Virus record (IMG/VR): IMGVR_UViG_3300032135_000012 | Coordinates: 1 to 50,346 of that record | DNA: 50,346 nt | Direction: 5' to 3' (one strand) | DNA from: a virus | Taxonomy: Duplodnaviria > Caudoviricetes | Part shown: piece by piece, positions 24,186-34,317 of the stretch | How positions within the stretch are numbered: position 1 is the first letter of the stretch | How the letters are laid out: each line of letters opens with the position of its first letter | Translations under genes and position numbers: made by a program | Notes under the pieces: generated by a model | Database searches by the model: none | What the model saw: only the letters and a program-made list of their open reading frames with translations | What the model was told of the DNA's origin: nothing

Positions 24186-25972
24186 ACTGTTCCAATCGTG
24201 TAGAGCCCTACATATGTGGGGTCAGGTGTCAATGTTGGGTCAGTCAAATCATACAGCCCAACACTGCCCGAAACTGCGACAAGTTCTGGGGGAGGAGCGT
24301 CCGTCTCGAATGATGGATTTGTAAATAGGTTCGTCCATATGACAATGATGATAACGGGTATTGCTAGTGGGATAACCGCAAAATCTTCAAACTTGTATCC
24401 AGCAAACCATGAATTGAATGAAGCAAAATCTTCACCAACCCACGCCGGGTTGAAGTCAGAGAATAGTGTATCACTCTCGGCAGTTGCCGTCGTTATACCG
24501 TTCTGGGAAATGGTGGCTGAGCGAATACGGTACACGGCTTGACGGAATGGAATCCTAGCACCGCCAACGTTCCCGAAGACTTGGTTGGTAAAATCGCCTT
24601 GCACTAGGCTAAATTGGTAATCGTTGAAATCTGAGAAAGATTGCCCAACCCAACCAGAGTCAAAGGTAGCGAAGGTTGCCCCGGAAACGGTTGGGTTGAA
24701 GTCTGCGAAAGTTGGGTAGACGTAACTTCCCGACTCCCCCGCACGGTTGATGAACGTTGCGCTTATCTCAACCGACTGTTGCGGCGAGGCATATCGTCCG
24801 CCAGCTCGGAAGGCGGCAGCGTAAGCATCACCTTTGGTGTTCACCCAAGGGTTGTCAATTGTTACCCCAACTTCTTGTGAAGTTTTCTCGGCGGGTGCCC
24901 CGGTGGGTACTCTTATCAGTTCACGCCTGAATCCAAGCCCGGTGCCCATTATTCTCAGACTGGAATAGTAGTTTGAGGCACCCGAACTCATCGCAATCTG
25001 GTAAGGGGCGTAGCCGGGTTCAGACATGCCCGTTACTGTGACATCAATACTTTCCCCATCCTCACCAATGGCAAGGGTCAACGCGCCACCGCCACTCGCC
25101 CACAGAGCGGGTGAAATTGGCAGGCCATCGTTTCCGGCGATAGCGTACACGCTAGTCGGGCCAGAATAGTATTGGCTGACCGATGAAACCATTGTCGGTT
25201 GAGATAACGCAGAAAGTGCGACATCGACTGGTAGGTTTATTGTCCGCGTTTCTCCAGCATCAACTTGGTACACGGAAACATCCGAGTTCCACCCACCATA
25301 GGGGTATACCATACTACTTGACACCTGAGTATAGTTGTAGTATGCAACTTCAACAAATTGTGCAAGTTCAATATTCTTCACCGAGTGGGACTCTGAGGTT
25401 ATTTTCCCCATGAACGCTGTTCGCTCACGAGGTGGACGCACAACAACATTATTACTGACCAGCGCAATCTCAACCTGCAATGCTGAACACATTTCTTTCA
25501 GCATGAACCAATAGTTTTTGTTGCCACCGCGAGACTTTACCGGGATGCCCTGCAATGAGGCGTCAACAAAGATACCAGTGGTTATACCAGCAAGCCCGAG
25601 AATTTCGTGTACAGCTTCATCAAGCGTGCCATCAACGGCAGGAATATCACCAGCAGAATTTAGTAAGTTCAGACGTCCATCAGCGGTAACCATGGCAACA
25701 CCATTACTTGCACTGACACCGTTTACCTTACCAGTGGTGGTACCTGATCCAGTGTCTGATAAGTTGATAATATCATTAAGTAAAAGGATAGAACCGTCAT
25801 GGGCTGGGTCTTCTTTTGCCCCAAAAGTTATTGTTCCGGTACCACCCGAAGAATCGGCAGGGTCAAGCGGGGTAGAGTCCTCAGTAACGTTGTATGAGGT
25901 TATGCTTGAGCGGCTTCCACCATACTTGCCGTTGCCGACAATCTCAACTTCTACCGACACTAAACGCGCCAC
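24182..25972 (-). CDS. Large minor tail (hub) protein
   Basis: Second gene after tape measure; EDSTPLDPADSSGGTG; ends with TNLFTNPSFET. Confidence 0.85.
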   Translation of the reverse strand: MARLVSVEVEIVGNGKYGGSRSSITSYNVTEDSTPLDPADSSGGTGTITFGAKEDPAHDGSILLLNDIINLSDTGSGTTTGKVNGVSASNGVAMVTADGRLNLLNSAGDIPAVDGTLDEAVHEILGLAGITTGIFVDASLQGIPVKSRGGNKNYWFMLKEMCSALQVEIALVSNNVVVRPPRERTAFMGKITSESHSVKNIELAQFVEVAYYNYTQVSSSMVYPYGGWNSDVSVYQVDAGETRTINLPVDVALSALSQPTMVSSVSQYYSGPTSVYAIAGNDGLPISPALWASGGGALTLAIGEDGESIDVTVTGMSEPGYAPYQIAMSSGASNYYSSLRIMGTGLGFRRELIRVPTGAPAEKTSQEVGVTIDNPWVNTKGDAYAAAFRAGGRYASPQQSVEISATFINRAGESGSYVYPTFADFNPTVSGATFATFDSGWVGQSFSDFNDYQFSLVQGDFTNQVFGNVGGARIPFRQAVYRIRSATISQNGITTATAESDTLFSDFNPAWVGEDFASFNSWFAGYKFEDFAVIPLAIPVIIIVIWTNLFTNPSFETDAPPPELVAVSGSVGLYDLTDPTLTPDPTYVGLYTIGTV

Positions 25973-26814
25973 CCTTCAGTCTCGGTCATATTCACAACAA
26001 GACCGTTAATGTCTAGGGCGGAACTGTAGGGCGTGTAGCTTGACCAGTCGGAGAATGAGCAACCGGAGTGGCCTTGACCTGAAACGAAATCCCCAGTAGC
26101 AGGCGTAATGCCGTTGGGGAATACCTGCACCATAAGTCCTGAGAGGGTTACGGTGCCCACGCCACCGAGGGAGAGCAGCACTCCACTGTAAGTGTCGCCA
26201 GAGAAGGACTGGTTGACGCGAGTCTCCGATGTCGCCGGAAGCAGTGCGAGGTCAACAGGCGTGCCAGTCGTGGTGGGTCCGGTGGTTGGGGTGGCAACAA
26301 CTTTGCCACCAGAACGGTCCTGACCGTGAGCGCCAACCCAAATTGTGTATCCGGGCGGTACAGGAACCCACACCTCCAGCACAGGGCTGTCAGCCGCAAC
26401 CGTATAGGTGATGCTCCGTATTGGGTAACCCAGAGTGTTTGCCGTAGTAGCCAACTCGGTACCACGCACCTCAGTACCAGTAAGGATCGGCCCATCGTCA
26501 ACACCCTGAAAGGGGGACGCAAGCCATTGCGGGAGAAGGTTCTCTTCCATCGCCACAGGATCACACCAGTAGATTGCACCGTCACCGAAAAGTTTATCTT
26601 GATAGTCCATTATGGGACGAATCTCGGAACGCTTAGCAGCCTCCCACGTTAGTTGGTATTCGCGGTGCGAGGTGGTTGATTGATGTGTGAAGGAGCCACC
26701 ATTGAGGTAGTCAGATTTGTCTATACGGCCAAGGCGGGAAGATGGCATCCCTACGGTGGGGGCTTTCACCCAACGCATGAAAGCGCGGGTTCCGAACCAC
26801 ATCTTGCTAGCCAT
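25960..26814 (-). CDS. Distal tail (Dit-like) minor tail protein
   Basis: Directly after tape measure. Confidence 0.8.
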   Translation of the reverse strand: MASKMWFGTRAFMRWVKAPTVGMPSSRLGRIDKSDYLNGGSFTHQSTTSHREYQLTWEAAKRSEIRPIMDYQDKLFGDGAIYWCDPVAMEENLLPQWLASPFQGVDDGPILTGTEVRGTELATTANTLGYPIRSITYTVAADSPVLEVWVPVPPGYTIWVGAHGQDRSGGKVVATPTTGPTTTGTPVDLALLPATSETRVNQSFSGDTYSGVLLSLGGVGTVTLSGLMVQVFPNGITPATGDFVSGQGHSGCSFSDWSSYTPYSSALDINGLVVNMTETEGWRV

Positions 26815-29800
26815 TAGTTTGTCCCCCTGTTTGCTGCGGTCAGCGTGTTGTCGTATCCGGCTTGTGCTACTTGCTTGCCGTCAAGGTACAATCTTACATC
26901 ACCAGCACGAGCCAGAAGGCTACGGTCTTCAGGAGACAGGTGAACAATGGTCGGGCCACTGTTGCCGCCACCACCACCCCTGTTTACTGTTGGTGTTACA
27001 GCGCCACCACTATACATTCCACGACCACGCTCAAAAGCATTCATCATGCCGTATAGGTTTCCAACACCAGCTTTCTGTGTTGCTTCCTTGGTGAACACAA
27101 ACTCTCCACCATGAACAACACCCTTGGGTTCGTACTTCCCACCGTTGCCGGTGTAACCAACGGAACCACCATTGGCGTATCCGTCGTATGCGCCAGCGTT
27201 CCACATTCTACGAACAGCAGCCCAGCCGGATGCGGACTGCGCAATCGCCCTACCGTACTGCTTCTGTGTGGCACTAGCCCACTGGGTGAATAGTGCATCT
27301 TTAGCGCCGGGACTAACCCCACCAGTAACATTCAGGGGAACATTGATGCCACCCGATGCCGCCTTCTTCGCCGTGGCAAGGAACTCGGTTAGTGCTTGCT
27401 CTGCCGGGTCAGTGTTCGCGTCAACTGTTATATTCCGGGGGATGCGTGCGATGGCTTTTGCCATGTCGTCAAAGCTACGAATATAGGGTTGCATCTGCGC
27501 GTTTGAGTATCCGAGTGCTTGAGCTTGTGCTAAGAAGTCAGACTTGGATTTGGCTACGGCCGCGTTCAACTCGCCCTGTGAAGCGCCACCCTCAGCTAGT
27601 GAGGTGATGTAACCCTCATAGCCGGAAACTAGGTCAGTTACACGTTTGCGGTTCTCAACTGCCGCTTTAGAGTTTCCGTTCAACTCTTTGGATACACCAG
27701 AGGTAGCGTCAGCCAAGTCTTTGTCAATCTTTTCAAGCTCTGAACGCAGAGTGCCAGCACGAAGTGTGTCATCGTAGGCTTCCGCAATTGACAGGAAGTA
27801 TTGCTTCACCGCACGGTCAGCAGTAAGCTCATTGACTTTACGCCGGTACTCTGCCATCTCATCGTTCAAGTCACGCCACGATGATGTTACCGAGTCAAGG
27901 GATAGCTGCGAACCGAACCGAATGTCGAATGCACGCTGGAACACACCACCCAAATCGGAAGCGTAGTCAAGTAGCGTGCGCACCTCAGCAGCAGCCGAAG
28001 CGATAGCACTACCAGTTGACCTTGCTGCGGTACTGGCATTATCGAACCCCACCGCAAGGGATGAGATGTCAAAGAAGGAGGCCGCCTGTGCAGGCTTACC
28101 AGACAGGGAAACAAGTTGCGAGATTACCTGATTCAGATACCCCAGTTGTTCTGCGGAGGCGTAGCCACCATTAACTATGGAGTCGAATAGTCCCTGCAAG
28201 TTTCCGGCAGCGGCACCAGCACCACCCGACTGCTCAATGATTGTAGAAATGAGGCTCTGGAAGTCGTCAGAAGTGAATGCCGACTGAGCACCAACCTCAT
28301 AAAGTGTTCCACCCAAAGACGCAAGCTCGTCATTGATCTGACGTGTACCATTTATGCTACCAAATATGTCGCCAACAAGCTCAGCCATAGCCTTACTTGT
28401 AGCCTCAAGTTCATCCGCAAACTCTTTAGCGGCAGCAGCATTCTGCTCAGTAGCTAAAGCGCTTCTTGCGCCAGCAACACCAGCCTCACCCAACTGATCG
28501 TTGAACAAGGTGAACGACGCAGCCAACGTATCAGTGTCAAGCCCCAACTCGGTAGCACGCGCCATGAGGGAATCGAACCCAGCAAGGGCTTCCGCCATAT
28601 TGCCGCCAGAAACAAGTCCAGCAAGAGCCTGATCAATCTTGTCAAGCTCATCAAAGTTGCGGCCGGGGCCAATGCCAAGAATATTGTCAAGCAAGCCCTG
28701 AGTAGTTAGCCCGTATCCGAATCCTTGGTAGATACTCTTCTGGAGGTCTGCACCAAACGATGACCCAGCACGAAGCACATTGTCAACACCCGCAAGGCTA
28801 TCTCCGCTTACCAGACGACTAAGGCCAAGGGGGTCACCGCCAACGTTTGCCGAAGAGAACACATCAGCAAAGTCAGTGCCAGCATCCGTCGCCTCACCAA
28901 TCTTCTGAGTAAGAGTATCAACACTGTCCGAAGCCCCCAGCGCTTCACGCCCCCAGTCAGCAAGGCTGGTTGCAGCCTCTATTGCAAGGAGGGCAATTCC
29001 CGCAACGGAGAGAACCTTGACCGCTGCGCTGAGTGCCCTAATGGAGACGGTGGCAACCCTTGAAGATGCGCTAGTTCCAAGAATTTGCGGGATAAGTGCG
29101 GCCATAGAGCCACGCAACCCGAGGGTAGAAATGTTCAGTTCATTTTGTGCGGTAGCAAGTGCTGCCATTGATGCTGTTGCGCGGATTGCGCCAGCAACAA
29201 GAAGCCCAAGAACACCGGCAAGACCAACAAGGGCGATAGAGCCGCCAGCAATGACAGACCAGAAGGGGTCTGAGGCAATAGCGGTAATCTGTTGCAGGAA
29301 ACCGTTAAGTCCGTCAACGACCCAGCCAATGCTAGTGGCAGAATCTCCGGCCGTAGCAAGGAAAGCTTGCAGGTTGTTGTTCAGCAGGGTCAACTTCTCG
29401 GCAACAGTGTTGGCGACAATGCCGTACTGACGGTTTAGTTCCGTCCCCTCAGCGGCACCTAGGGCAGCGTCATCAAGGTTGGAACGCAACAGGTCAGTGT
29501 TTTGCGCAAGGCGGAGGATTGCTGGAACGTCACGGATGCTCGTGATTCCAAGGTCGCGTAGCGCCTGCTCTGCGGCAGGGCCAGAACGGTTCCCAATGCC
29601 ATCCATGAAGCCAAGCAGGGCCTCCATCGGGGCAGTTTCCCATGATTTAGCAAACTGATCGCCAGACATGCCAGAGATGGCACCAAAGTCTTGCAGTGCT
29701 TTACCGCCAGAAGATACAGCACGCCCGATCTTGCCAAAGAGCCGGGTAACCGTACCACGAGCAAGCTCCGGCTGAATACCCACAGAAGCAATCGCAGCAG

Positions 29801-30551
29801 ACAGACCAAAGACTTGATCAGCAGAAAGTCCAGCCTGAGCAGCGATACCAGCAATCTGCGTCGAGATTGAGATAATCTGGCTCTCGGTCGAGATTGAGTT
29901 GACACCAACCTTCAGGATTGATGAACCGAGAGCGTTGTAGCCACCCTCAAGTGGCTCAAGAAGTGTTGTAAGTCGAGCAAAGGCGGTGGCCGATGCGTCA
30001 ATGCTGACATCGGTTGTGGCAGAGAACTTTGCAACAAGTTCAGTGAACTCGGCAACGTCATTGATTGGTACGTCAAGTTGACCGGCCAGTGAACCAATTT
30101 CAGCCAACCCCTTGAAGGATAGCGGAATTGTTTGTGCAAGCTTGACAAACTCTGCGTTTAGTGCATCCAGTTGCGGTGCCGTACCATCAGTAGTACGTCG
30201 AACGTCCGCAAAGGCACGCTCCCACGATATAGCCAGAGCGTAAGGTGCGGCGGCAAGCGCCACCATCGCGAGCGACACAACTGCAACTGACTGGCTTACG
30301 TCGTAGAGTGCGTAGCGTAGTCGTGGCAGGCTTGAGGTTGTAGCGCCAACGCTAGTGTTTAGGGCCTGTGTAGCCTTGCTTGCACCTTGCTGACCCTTAC
30401 TGAGTCTAATAGCGTCTTTAGACATGCCGCGAAAGGCACGTCCAGAACTCTCGGCATTCTGCTCAGCAAGTCCAAGCTGTTGGATAAAGTCAGTAAGCTC
30501 GCTGTCTTTTACATCAACAACTATGCGTACTTTAGATTCTTGATCAGCCAT
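26814..30551 (-). CDS. Tape measure protein
   Basis: 1245 aa Ala-rich; TP901-type core; GVVHGGEFV near the C-terminus. Confidence 0.95.
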   Translation of the reverse strand: MADQESKVRIVVDVKDSELTDFIQQLGLAEQNAESSGRAFRGMSKDAIRLSKGQQGASKATQALNTSVGATTSSLPRLRYALYDVSQSVAVVSLAMVALAAAPYALAISWERAFADVRRTTDGTAPQLDALNAEFVKLAQTIPLSFKGLAEIGSLAGQLDVPINDVAEFTELVAKFSATTDVSIDASATAFARLTTLLEPLEGGYNALGSSILKVGVNSISTESQIISISTQIAGIAAQAGLSADQVFGLSAAIASVGIQPELARGTVTRLFGKIGRAVSSGGKALQDFGAISGMSGDQFAKSWETAPMEALLGFMDGIGNRSGPAAEQALRDLGITSIRDVPAILRLAQNTDLLRSNLDDAALGAAEGTELNRQYGIVANTVAEKLTLLNNNLQAFLATAGDSATSIGWVVDGLNGFLQQITAIASDPFWSVIAGGSIALVGLAGVLGLLVAGAIRATASMAALATAQNELNISTLGLRGSMAALIPQILGTSASSRVATVSIRALSAAVKVLSVAGIALLAIEAATSLADWGREALGASDSVDTLTQKIGEATDAGTDFADVFSSANVGGDPLGLSRLVSGDSLAGVDNVLRAGSSFGADLQKSIYQGFGYGLTTQGLLDNILGIGPGRNFDELDKIDQALAGLVSGGNMAEALAGFDSLMARATELGLDTDTLAASFTLFNDQLGEAGVAGARSALATEQNAAAAKEFADELEATSKAMAELVGDIFGSINGTRQINDELASLGGTLYEVGAQSAFTSDDFQSLISTIIEQSGGAGAAAGNLQGLFDSIVNGGYASAEQLGYLNQVISQLVSLSGKPAQAASFFDISSLAVGFDNASTAARSTGSAIASAAAEVRTLLDYASDLGGVFQRAFDIRFGSQLSLDSVTSSWRDLNDEMAEYRRKVNELTADRAVKQYFLSIAEAYDDTLRAGTLRSELEKIDKDLADATSGVSKELNGNSKAAVENRKRVTDLVSGYEGYITSLAEGGASQGELNAAVAKSKSDFLAQAQALGYSNAQMQPYIRSFDDMAKAIARIPRNITVDANTDPAEQALTEFLATAKKAASGGINVPLNVTGGVSPGAKDALFTQWASATQKQYGRAIAQSASGWAAVRRMWNAGAYDGYANGGSVGYTGNGGKYEPKGVVHGGEFVFTKEATQKAGVGNLYGMMNAFERGRGMYSGGAVTPTVNRGGGGGNSGPTIVHLSPEDRSLLARAGDVRLYLDGKQVAQAGYDNTLTAANRGTN

Positions 30552-30604
30552 TCGGTTCCACCACCAAGAAAATAGTTATCACAGTAGAAACCATTCTACC
30601 GCAT

Positions 30605-31030
30605 TCAGTCCCGCATCCTGCGTTTCTCCTCCTGCTCATCCATCCACTCTTTGCGGGTGGGCCACTTGCCATCCTTCTCGTCAAGGTACGGTTCGGCGTA
30701 GTAGGTAACACCATGTTCAGGCTTGTAATCCTTCTTCTCCCGGCGAGCGCTCTCAAGTCTCTCCAGCATGGCGGCACCATGATCCTCAGTGCGAACCTCG
30801 CGCCACTGCACACGCTCATCAGACTCAGCAATGAACATCGGATAGCCGCCAGAAGTCTTCTCCGAGTCAACAACAGATATTGCAGCCGCAAGCCGGTGAT
30901 CCATCCTAGACCACCGGCCTTGCGGTTTCTTCAGCTCAAGCAGTATCGCGGTTGGCCTAAGCCCCCAGTTCATTGCGGCCCGGATGTATGGAACGTACTT
31001 GTTGCCGGGAATCCACGACAAGTACGAGAC
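30605..31030 (-). CDS. Tail assembly chaperone, frameshifted C-terminal part (gpT-like)
   Basis: The -1 frame at GAT TTT TAG continues L-V-S-Y-L-S-W-I-P into this ORF. Confidence 0.75.
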   Translation of the reverse strand, partial: VSYLSWIPGNKYVPYIRAAMNWGLRPTAILLELKKPQGRWSRMDHRLAAAISVVDSEKTSGGYPMFIAESDERVQWREVRTEDHGAAMLERLESARREKKDYKPEHGVTYYAEPYLDEKDGKWPTRKEWMDEQEEKRRMRD

Positions 31031-31695
31031 TAAAAATCTAGGTCTTGTCCAGCGTCACGGGAAATCTTCTGCTCAAACTGAACCTCGTCAAGCTTCTCGC
31101 GGAGGCGCGCCCACTCAGTTTTGGGAAGGATTTGCGCCTCCAGAGACTCCAGTTCTTCCATTGTCACAGAATGCCTTACGGCACCGTTGGCCTGCTTCAG
31201 CTCAACAATGGCGTTGGTAAGCAGAGAGTGAATCCAGAAACGCTCCATGTCCTCAGCGTCCTCATCGGCAACCTGCTTCATGCCCTTCTTGATGAACTTC
31301 TTGCGAGTTTCACGCTTGGCTACCCGCTCAGCAACCTCAGGGAATGCACGAAGCGTTACGGTGAAGCTAGTGCTGAACAGCTTTTCACGGAGAGCTTTAG
31401 CTTCCTCGTGCAGTTCGGCAAGTTCTTCCTTTTCGCCGTCTTCCAATTCCGTGTCTGTCTTGCCCTCAAGTTCGTCAATACGGCCGATAATGCCGGAGCG
31501 TTGACGCATCATAATACCAGCAGCGTTGCGGCCATCGTAGGCGGTGCCAAGTTTCTTGCCGGAGACTTCATCACGGAAAAGCCGAATAGTGTCCTCAACA
31601 CGCTCCTGCTCGGTGACGTTGTCAAACAGGTCAAAATCTGCTTGTGCATCTTCAACAATCTTGTCAACTACTTCATCAGTGACTTCTTCACTCAT
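31030..31695 (-). CDS. Tail assembly chaperone (gpG-like)
   Basis: Between tail tube and tape measure; GGAGG SD; slippery end. Confidence 0.85.
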   Translation of the reverse strand: MSEEVTDEVVDKIVEDAQADFDLFDNVTEQERVEDTIRLFRDEVSGKKLGTAYDGRNAAGIMMRQRSGIIGRIDELEGKTDTELEDGEKEELAELHEEAKALREKLFSTSFTVTLRAFPEVAERVAKRETRKKFIKKGMKQVADEDAEDMERFWIHSLLTNAIVELKQANGAVRHSVTMEELESLEAQILPKTEWARLREKLDEVQFEQKISRDAGQDLDF

Positions 31696-31712
31696 TTGTT
31701 TTCCTCCAAAGA

Positions 31713-31742
31713 AAAAGGGGCTGAACCATTCGGCCCAGCCCC
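31713..31742 (-). terminator. Intrinsic terminator after tail tube genes
   Basis: GGGGCTGGGCC-GAAT-GGTTCAGCCCC followed by TTTTT. Confidence 0.8.
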
Positions 31743-31757
31743 AATTCTATACTACGT

Positions 31758-32528
31758 TTAGATAGGTACGGTAAACGACAATCCGGCGTGAACCGCTGCG
31801 CCGGGGTACGACGGGATTAGCGTTGCAGTTCCAGACGCGATGGCCTTCACAATTCCGTTACTCGTTGTCGAGAGAATCGTGGGGTCACTAACGGTGAAAT
31901 CAGCAAGGTTGGTGATGTCGATACCTTCATAGGTTGCCTTACCCCATGTGTAGGAGCCAGCAGCGGGGCCAGCGTCGTAACCAGTCAAGGTGATTGCGCC
32001 AGCGGTAGTGCCATTGGCGACAACATACTGCGGAAGCAGCGTGCCACGCGAAAGCAAGGTAACCGCGTACGAGTACGAAGACTCGCCTTCAGTCTGGTTC
32101 TTCTTCGCATCCGTCATCACCTTGTACACCGTTACGGTGTCACCGGGTGCAGCGTCCGAAGTTGCCAGCGAAACAACACGCTCAACAATCCACAACTCTT
32201 CACGCATATTCAGGGTGGCGAATAGTGCTGCCACCTGAACCGAAGTGTCATTCGTGTCCGAAGGGTCTTTCGGCGTGAGCAAGTTGACGGTTCCACCGAA
32301 CTGAGCCAAACCTGCACGTTGCGCGGTTCCCTCATCGGTAAGAACACGGTCATCAATCTGGTTTGATTCCTGAACACCAAGGTCGGTGCTGTCCCACTTG
32401 ACAACTGCGGAGAACTTCAACATTGCGTTGATCTCTGCGTCAGTGGGCTGTGTTACGTCAGCGAACGGGTTGGAACCTACAGTTGCGGCCCAAAGGGTGC
32501 GGCGCTTGTTGGAAAATACTTTAGCCAT
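31758..32528 (-). CDS. Major tail (tube) protein with C-terminal Ig-like domain
   Basis: PTDAEIN, GDTVTVYKV; Big_2-like VSDPTIL...GIVKAIASGTATL. Confidence 0.8.
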   Translation of the reverse strand: MAKVFSNKRRTLWAATVGSNPFADVTQPTDAEINAMLKFSAVVKWDSTDLGVQESNQIDDRVLTDEGTAQRAGLAQFGGTVNLLTPKDPSDTNDTSVQVAALFATLNMREELWIVERVVSLATSDAAPGDTVTVYKVMTDAKKNQTEGESSYSYAVTLLSRGTLLPQYVVANGTTAGAITLTGYDAGPAAGSYTWGKATYEGIDITNLADFTVSDPTILSTTSNGIVKAIASGTATLIPSYPGAAVHAGLSFTVPI

Positions 32529-33124
32529 TATGCAACCACCGTTCCGTTGACAAGGACGACCCCGGTCGGGACTGAATTCTGCGAACCCTTAATGGTTGCC
32601 TGATCTTCTGTCTCGTTCACGAGGTTATCTGTATCAATCTCATAGATGTCAATTTTCTGTCCCGCAACAAAAGTGTCAGTGGAAAGAAACTCTCCCCATG
32701 CACGGTCGATGATCGCATAGCGAGCACCCTTGCCCTTGAGCAAGTTCCACGCAAGGTTACGGACGTTGGATGCGGTAGGAACCTCATCACGCTGGAATGT
32801 GATACCAGCGTCTACATTGTAGAACGTAGGATCAGATTCGTCAGCCTGTGAACAAATAGTCTGCTCATCGTCAGTGTCAGAATCGGAAAGTCCGATGTCA
32901 ACGCTGTCGAGTACGGCACAGCTAATGTTTCCACCGATGGCGGAAATACTGGAACTGTTGTCAACGACTGCACCCCAAGTGTTGAGGACGGCTGCGGTTG
33001 GGGTTGCAAGTGGTGTGATCACGGATGCGGTTTGCGTTCCACCGAGTAGGTAAGATACGTTATCGACATCTATGATGGGAACGAGTAGAAGCGTGCGGTG
33101 CGCACGTAGGAGTCGATCTGACAT
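32528..33124 (-). CDS. Second tail-tube-like protein
   Basis: PTAAVLN, NISCAV, SDTDDEQTIC, TFQRD, GQKIDIY resemble actinophage major tail proteins. Confidence 0.75.
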   Translation of the reverse strand: MSDRLLRAHRTLLLVPIIDVDNVSYLLGGTQTASVITPLATPTAAVLNTWGAVVDNSSSISAIGGNISCAVLDSVDIGLSDSDTDDEQTICSQADESDPTFYNVDAGITFQRDEVPTASNVRNLAWNLLKGKGARYAIIDRAWGEFLSTDTFVAGQKIDIYEIDTDNLVNETEDQATIKGSQNSVPTGVVLVNGTVVA

Positions 33125-33360
33125 TACTTGTCACCACCCTTGCGCTTGCTGGTTTGGACAGGTTTTGTCACTTCTGTTTCCTTCTCTTCTTGGGTGCCCA
33201 CTTCACGCTTCTCGTTAGAGAATCCGGCGTGGAACATTTCTGGGAGTGCAGGTTTAGCAACATCTGCAACAAGTTCGAGGTGAGGAAACAGCGCCGCCTG
33301 TTCGGGGGTGTTGTAGCCTACCTTACCGTTGCGAGTGTTGCGGTACTTTTGTTTCGTCAT
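33124..33360 (-). CDS. Small virion-region hypothetical protein
   Basis: TAGAAT promoter 9 nt upstream; YRNTRNG. Confidence 0.7.
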   Translation of the reverse strand: MTKQKYRNTRNGKVGYNTPEQAALFPHLELVADVAKPALPEMFHAGFSNEKREVGTQEEKETEVTKPVQTSKRKGGDK

Positions 33361-33415
33361 ATCCGTTCCATTCTACAGTAGTTTGCGGTACAATCTGCTT
33401 GCTTTAGCAGTCTGG

Positions 33416-33889
33416 TTATGGTAGGCCCACGGGGGGATCAACGTCTGCGGGGTTGGGTGCCATGTTTATGGTGATGGAGCCGTAGATTAGGTCAGCGAAT
33501 CGTGTTGGCGTGTTGGCGGCTTCGCGCTCTGAGAAGCTATCCCCACCATCGGTAATGAAGGCGCTGGAGTTGCTGTTCGCTCGCCAGTCCAGCATCAAGT
33601 CCATGATGTGTGCTGTTTGCTGTCGCGCTAGGTCTATGGTTCCTGCATACGATCCGATGGTGATGGGCATACGGTGTGGCTGTAGGCGTTCACCTGCAAG
33701 TGTTCTGTCGCTGCGTGTGCGTACTGGGGTTCCGTAGCGGAACACAACGAATGGTTTTATTGTTCCGTCAGTGAACTTCTCAATTTGGGTGTCGTCCGGC
33801 ATGAGGGTGTGTACGCGGCCACCGGCCACGTTTGCCTCTAGCCGGTTGAAAAAGAGTGTTCCCTCTGCGTAGCCGTCAAAGTTGCTCAA
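33416..33889 (-). CDS. Tail terminator
   Basis: Gene position; PFVVF motif. Confidence 0.65.
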   Translation of the reverse strand: MSNFDGYAEGTLFFNRLEANVAGGRVHTLMPDDTQIEKFTDGTIKPFVVFRYGTPVRTRSDRTLAGERLQPHRMPITIGSYAGTIDLARQQTAHIMDLMLDWRANSNSSAFITDGGDSFSEREAANTPTRFADLIYGSITINMAPNPADVDPPVGLP

Positions 33890-34317
33890 AAGTTTCTCCT
33901 AAGAATGTCGTTGACTTGCGCTTGGAACTCTTCGGAGGCGTTGATCCATGCTTTTTGGAGTGCGTGCATTGCGTCAATGCGTGAGGTACCTTGCTCTTGG
34001 TATAGGTAGTATTTGAGCACTTCTTCGAGCCAGCCGAACTCGCCTGTGATGCGATCACCACTGCGTTGAACGTCTGATCCAACAGCGTCGTACATTGTTC
34101 CGGTTTCGTAGCGTCCGGCAACACCCTCACCGGCAGCCGCACGAGCTTCACCGGTCTTAGTAACAGCTTCAAGGATGAACCGGCGCATGTTATCAGCGCC
34201 ATCTTTTACGACACCCCGAACCATGTCCTCAAGTTCGTCACGAGTGGAATCAACTTGCTTAGTGATCCTTGCGCCAATAGACAGCGGCCGAACACTCCAT
34301 GTCACACCGGATACCAT
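33886..34317 (-). CDS. Neck/tail completion protein (HK97 gp10-like)
   Basis: GRYETGTM, YQEQGT motifs. Confidence 0.75.
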   Translation of the reverse strand: MVSGVTWSVRPLSIGARITKQVDSTRDELEDMVRGVVKDGADNMRRFILEAVTKTGEARAAAGEGVAGRYETGTMYDAVGSDVQRSGDRITGEFGWLEEVLKYYLYQEQGTSRIDAMHALQKAWINASEEFQAQVNDILRRNF

